Assembly: GCA_963662285.2 (NCBI GenBank)
Contig: CAXXMV010000006.1
Location: 1,600,001-1,664,000 of the forward strand
Direction of reading: 5' to 3'
Source: a bacterium
GTDB lineage: Bacteria > Hinthialibacterota > Hinthialibacteria > Hinthialibacterales > Hinthialibacteraceae
Length of the DNA stretch: 64,000 bases
Part shown: in pieces, positions 59,383 to 64,000 of the stretch
Layout of the letters: every line of letters begins with the position of its first letter
Position numbering within the stretch: position 1 is the stretch's first letter
Made by a program: the position numbers and the translations under genes
The notes under the pieces: model-generated
Told to the model about the DNA's origin: nothing
The model's database searches: none
Seen by the model: only the letters and a program-made list of their open reading frames with translations

Positions 59383-61470
59383 ATGTTTAAGAAAATAATG
59401 CAAATTAGCAACGTGTTCATTTTAGTAATGATACAGGCCGCTCTGGCGCAGGCTCAGCCGCCGCAGCCTGGAGTTCCTTCTTTTGATGATGGGAAAATCC
59501 CGGAGTTTGTCATTACTCACAATACGGAAATTGAACTGGTTGATTATCAGGGCAAGGCTGCGCTTCAGGTTATTTATGATTCAAAAGTGGAATGGCCTAA
59601 TGTGTTTTTCAGGGCAGGTGATTCTCCCTGGGATTGGCGGGATTATTCGGGCATTGCTATTGATATGTATAATCCCGGCGATGAGTCTGTTTCGGTGAAT
59701 CTACGGGTTGATAATGAGGGCGCCAATGGTACAGATAATTGCAACGTAACTCAAAAACTAGTTCCAGCGGGGCAATCCAAGACGTTGAAACTATATTTCA
59801 GCACCAAAGACCGGGAAATTTTCTGGGGTATGCGCGGCATTCCGGTGCGCGGTCCTATGGGAAACGGTTCACCGTTGGATATGTCGAAAATTACCGCTTG
59901 GCAATTGTATCTGGCGCGTCCCCAATCACCTCACACTATTTTGATTACATCAGTCACTCTGTTTGGCGAGGGCGGCGACCTCACTGATAAAGTTCCTTTT
60001 CCATTTATTGACGCCTATGGGCAGTATATTCATACCGATTGGCCCGGCAAGATTAAAAAAGATAAAGATTTTCAAATTCAACATAAAAAAGAGTTAGCCC
60101 AACGCGCTGCACACAAAACATCTCATCTAGATGCTTACGGCGGTTGGAAGGACGGGCCTAAACTTGAAGCAACCGGGTGGTTCCGTACTACTAAAATTAA
60201 GGATCAGCAATGGCTGGTTACGCCGGAAGGTCATCTATTTTTTTCGCTGGGCGTCGATTGCGTTGGAACCTGGAGCCAGACCTTTATTGAAGGACGTAAA
60301 ACCTGGTTTTCCGGTATGCCCGATGAGAATGACCCAAAATTCAAATCTGCTTTCGGTTATGTCGGTAGTACTCACAGCATGGCCGAAAACATTGGCGGCA
60401 AGGGGAAAACCTATAGTTTTTATTCATCAAACCTTATACGTAAGTTCGGTGAAGATTGGCGAAAACAGTGGATAGACAACAGTCTGGCTCGCTTGAAAGA
60501 CTGGGGATTCAATACCATCGGCAATTGGAGCCAGGGTGATTTATTGAGCGTGAGCGATATCCCATTTGTGGTTAATATGAATCTTAGCGGGGTGCGCCCT
60601 ATCGAGAGTTCCACTGGATACTGGGCCAAGATGATGGATGTATATGATCCCAGTTTTACTGAAGCCGTAGAGAAAACTATTGCCAATAGAACCAAGCAGT
60701 GGCGCGACAACCGCTATTGCCTGGGATATTTCGTAGATAACGAACTGGCCTGGAGCGGAGTTATGGACGGCGTACTTACCAGCAACACAGATCAGCCGGT
60801 TCGTCAGGCTTTCATCAAGGAGTTGCAAGGCAAGTACAAAACACTGTCGAAATTGAACGAAGCCTGGAAGACCTCTTATGCAAAATGGTCTGACATTGGT
60901 AAGGTCAATAATCCAGCTGCGGCGGTTACCAAGGATTTAGAAGATTTTCATTTTACCTTTGCCGAGAGGTATTACCGCATCATCAAGCAAGCCTTCGAGC
61001 GTCACGCCCCTAACCAACTCTACCTGGGTTCGCGTTTTTCCGGAGCGCCTGATCCGGTAGTCCGCGCCTGCGCGGTTCATGCCGATGTTGTCAGTTTTAA
61101 TATATATCAAACCGCCCTCAATCAGTCGAAATGGGGAGATATCAGCAAGTTGAACAAACCTATCATGATCGGTGAATTTCACTTCGGCGCCACCGACCGG
61201 GGCATGTTCCACACCGGGCTGGTTCCAGTAGAGACCCAGGCGGATCGCGGCAAGGCCTATGAACATTACGTAAAAAGCGTAATGGATAATCCAGCCTTTG
61301 TTGGATGCCACTGGTTCCAATACGTAGACGAACCAACCACCGGACGCACCCACGATGGAGAGAATTACAATATCGGTTTCGTCGATGTAACCGACACGCC
61401 CTATCCGCACATGGTTGAGTCGGCCAAAAAGATTCATGGCGATTTGTATGCGCGGCGGTTTAAGAAGTAA
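59383..61470 (+). CDS. GH50 (beta-agarase-like) glycoside hydrolase with N-terminal CBM-like domain
   Basis: WGFNTIGNWS, GYFVDNEL, IGEFHFGA, VGCHWFQYVDEPTTGR.DGENYNIGFVDVTD.PY. Confidence 0.88.
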   Translation: MFKKIMQISNVFILVMIQAALAQAQPPQPGVPSFDDGKIPEFVITHNTEIELVDYQGKAALQVIYDSKVEWPNVFFRAGDSPWDWRDYSGIAIDMYNPGDESVSVNLRVDNEGANGTDNCNVTQKLVPAGQSKTLKLYFSTKDREIFWGMRGIPVRGPMGNGSPLDMSKITAWQLYLARPQSPHTILITSVTLFGEGGDLTDKVPFPFIDAYGQYIHTDWPGKIKKDKDFQIQHKKELAQRAAHKTSHLDAYGGWKDGPKLEATGWFRTTKIKDQQWLVTPEGHLFFSLGVDCVGTWSQTFIEGRKTWFSGMPDENDPKFKSAFGYVGSTHSMAENIGGKGKTYSFYSSNLIRKFGEDWRKQWIDNSLARLKDWGFNTIGNWSQGDLLSVSDIPFVVNMNLSGVRPIESSTGYWAKMMDVYDPSFTEAVEKTIANRTKQWRDNRYCLGYFVDNELAWSGVMDGVLTSNTDQPVRQAFIKELQGKYKTLSKLNEAWKTSYAKWSDIGKVNNPAAAVTKDLEDFHFTFAERYYRIIKQAFERHAPNQLYLGSRFSGAPDPVVRACAVHADVVSFNIYQTALNQSKWGDISKLNKPIMIGEFHFGATDRGMFHTGLVPVETQADRGKAYEHYVKSVMDNPAFVGCHWFQYVDEPTTGRTHDGENYNIGFVDVTDTPYPHMVESAKKIHGDLYARRFKK

Positions 61471-62201
61471 TGTTAATGACGGCGCTCATAATGAATTTAT
61501 TGAATAACCGATGGTATTTGATCAAACTCTTATTTGCCTGTTTTTCTATTGTTTTGCTCATAGGTCTAGGCTTTCTATCTTACCAAAGAGAAGGAATTCT
61601 TTATCTCATCATTAATAGCGATCTGTCTGCTGCGGATCGAATTGAAAGTATAAGAGATCATTTCCTCTCCTATGGGGCTTTTGCTCCTTTGATCTATGTT
61701 ATTTTCGTCATAATCGAGGTGGTCGTCGCTCCACTGCCGGGTCTGATGTTATATGCTCCGGGAGGCATGATTTTCGGCGGATTTCTGGGAGGCCTTCTGT
61801 CACTGATCGGGAATATCATTGGAGCGGGAATCGCTCATCAAATTGGCCGTATTTTGGGGCAGCCTTTTGTTGAGAAATTTCTAGAAAAAAAGTCATTGAA
61901 TGATTACAACCGCAGGATTTCAGATAACGGGATTTGGATCGTTTTTCTATTAAGAGTGAATCCATTCACTTCTTCAGACCTTGTATCATACACAGCCGGA
62001 TTAACCCGCATGAAAGTATGGAAATTGATGGTGGGAACCATGTTGGGTATGGCGCCATTATGTTGGATTCAGGCCTACTTTGCGTATGGGTTGCTGCAAG
62101 CGTTTCCCCAATTGATTTATCCATTAATCCTTGCTTGCGTGATCTATGCAGTCGTTATTATTTGGATAATCAAGAATGTGTTCAACGTTAAAAAAGTATA
62201 G
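61470..62201 (+). CDS. DedA/TVP38 (VTT domain) membrane protein
   Basis: VVAPLPG....A.G.IFG...G, LRVNPF...DLVSY.AGL; TAATG-coupled to the GH50 gene. Confidence 0.9.
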   Translation: MLMTALIMNLLNNRWYLIKLLFACFSIVLLIGLGFLSYQREGILYLIINSDLSAADRIESIRDHFLSYGAFAPLIYVIFVIIEVVVAPLPGLMLYAPGGMIFGGFLGGLLSLIGNIIGAGIAHQIGRILGQPFVEKFLEKKSLNDYNRRISDNGIWIVFLLRVNPFTSSDLVSYTAGLTRMKVWKLMVGTMLGMAPLCWIQAYFAYGLLQAFPQLIYPLILACVIYAVVIIWIIKNVFNVKKV

Positions 62202-62419
62202 ATCTAACTCAATTAATAGATATTCGGAATGCCGGTGGAAGTCAAACAGAGCAAGGCGTCCGGATGCGGGATCAAGCGAGCCTATAAGTAAACCGTTGTT
62301 TCAACTCCTATATATTAAGCATACATTGTAGTTAACCCACTGTTGACAAAAGCAACGAGGTACTTGAAAATATTATAATAGATTGTCAGGTATTAAAATA
62401 TGACAGGGGAGGCAATAAT

Positions 62420-64000
62420 ATGAAAAAAACGATTGTTATAGTCTTTTGCGTCGCTCTCATTGCAAGCGGCGCGTTCGCGCAACCAGTTGGTATTTTTGAT
62501 AAAGCAGCCGATTGGACTATTGGAGATCCACCCACTAAATACCCGGGCGAAGCCAGCCTGGATGGAGATGTCTATACGCTGGTCGGAAACGGCGACGATA
62601 TTTGGAACGCTGAAGATGAAGGATATTTCCTCTATACAGAAAAAACGGGCAGTTGGACCCTGACCGCCAAAGTTCAGTGGTTCGATCCAGGGACCGAAGT
62701 TGATTCGAAGGCCGGACTGATGATTCGGTCGAATCCGGCTACCGCCAATTCGGCCAATTTCATGTGGCGCCTTCGCGGCAATAACTTCGCGCCGGACGAA
62801 TCCGGCGCCCAATGGCGATTAGACGTCGGCGCCCCGTCGACCAGTTATGTTTTCACGGATGCCGCGGGCGCTAACATCGGCGATCTCAATATGGAAGGTC
62901 TTTGGGCGCGCGTGGCCTACAACGCTCCCTTGGGCGTCTGCTACGCCTGGTATTCCACTGATGGCTCCAATTGGGTATTCGGCTATTCCGTCGCGGTCGA
63001 TTTAGGTCAAAATCCCGCTTACGGTATTGTCATCACCAGCCATTCAGCAGATGAAAATCCCGTAGAAGCCAATTACTCCGACGTTACTTTGGTGGAAGGG
63101 GCGCCCACCGCCGCTAAGCGAACGCTGCCCAAAAACCGCATTACCGGCAACGATTTGGTTGACGTCAAAATCGAAGTAGGCAATCCCAGCACAACCGCTA
63201 AGAGCGTTACCGTGACCGAAGACGTACCAGACGGATGGACGGTTACAGATATCAGCAACGGCGGAACCTTGGCCAACGGCGTTATCACGTGGAATCTGGA
63301 CGCCGCACCCGGATTGACGACATTATCATACAAGGGCACTCCGGAAATCGATGCATCCATCTTTTGGACGGGTACGGTTAATGATGCGAATCTTTCTGGC
63401 GACAACACCATTATCTTCCTGCGCGCCCGTACGCCAATCAAAACCGGGTGGAACGATCCGACAGGAGGTTGGTTATACATCTTCGATCCCGACCTGGGCA
63501 GTGATCCCGATTTGGAACGAGACGGCTGGAAACATAACAACAATTCCGACTCTTACGCTTATCAGCCGGTTATTCCCGCCGGACCCAATGCTGGCATGGT
63601 ATGGCACAATCCCGGCCTGATCGATGACGAAGAGGGCGGTAAATGCTTGGTTATTTACGATCCGGGCGACCCGCGCAGCATGGAAGCCTATGGAAGCATC
63701 CCCGATCCAGGCCTTCGTAAAGTTACGATTGACTATGATCTGGGTCCCGTCACCAAAGCAGTCGCCGCGTTTCGCGTTCGCAGCAAGGCCTTCACCGACG
63801 AATTCGGCATTGATATTCCTTTCGGTTACAGTGAGCTGGAAGGATATAACCTGCTGGGTTTAATGAAGAACCAAGACATGCAGGACCTGAACAATTGGGA
63901 GGGACTGACGGCATCGGGATTGTTCTTCTCACCTGATTTCCCTGACTCATTGAATTTCCCAACCTACAGCGACTATGCTGGTCACGCCATACCCGGCTCC
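62420..64000 (+). CDS. Large secreted multidomain protein (jelly-roll/DUF1349-like N-domain), runs off window edge
   Basis: Not in ORF track because there is no stop in the window. RBS GGGGAGG; MKKTIVIVFCVALIASGAFA-QPVGIFD; GNGDDIWNAEDEGYFLY, SKAGLMIR. Confidence 0.8.
   Translation, partial: MKKTIVIVFCVALIASGAFAQPVGIFDKAADWTIGDPPTKYPGEASLDGDVYTLVGNGDDIWNAEDEGYFLYTEKTGSWTLTAKVQWFDPGTEVDSKAGLMIRSNPATANSANFMWRLRGNNFAPDESGAQWRLDVGAPSTSYVFTDAAGANIGDLNMEGLWARVAYNAPLGVCYAWYSTDGSNWVFGYSVAVDLGQNPAYGIVITSHSADENPVEANYSDVTLVEGAPTAAKRTLPKNRITGNDLVDVKIEVGNPSTTAKSVTVTEDVPDGWTVTDISNGGTLANGVITWNLDAAPGLTTLSYKGTPEIDASIFWTGTVNDANLSGDNTIIFLRARTPIKTGWNDPTGGWLYIFDPDLGSDPDLERDGWKHNNNSDSYAYQPVIPAGPNAGMVWHNPGLIDDEEGGKCLVIYDPGDPRSMEAYGSIPDPGLRKVTIDYDLGPVTKAVAAFRVRSKAFTDEFGIDIPFGYSELEGYNLLGLMKNQDMQDLNNWEGLTASGLFFSPDFPDSLNFPTYSDYAGHAIPGS

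Overview
Bacterial chromosomal window with AT-rich intergenic DNA. Housekeeping genes: HDAC-family deacetylase, gmk, trkH, secA, prs, ackA, nfo, mgtE, the coaD-rpmF-plsX-fabH-fabD-fabG-acpP-fabF cluster, aroF and tRNA-Phe. These are mixed with many secreted carbohydrate-related proteins, three Tat-exported Gfo/Idh/MocA oxidoreductases, a BlaI/BlaR1-LRR sensor pair and two large tandem flagellins. An accessory patch after tRNA-Phe carries BrnTA, umuDC, DUF2971, a Panacea-type TA pair and a radical SAM gene. Three families of REP/MITE-like repeats occur. From memory only, the protein style suggests a Sumerlaeota/Hinthialibacterota(OLB16)-like candidate-phylum organism; this is unverified. Two candidate novel systems stand out. 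(1) Four unrelated secreted proteins end in the same C-terminal nonapeptide, T-x-[VI]-x-D-W-x-[LIM]-[YH]-stop, which suggests an undescribed sorting or anchoring signal. (2) A ~700-bp non-coding region upstream of the flagellins holds three copies of a structured motif (CTGCG[GA]CGGTCA...GCCGGGAT) between two convergent sigma-28-type promoters. All calls come from reading the sequence; no searches were run.
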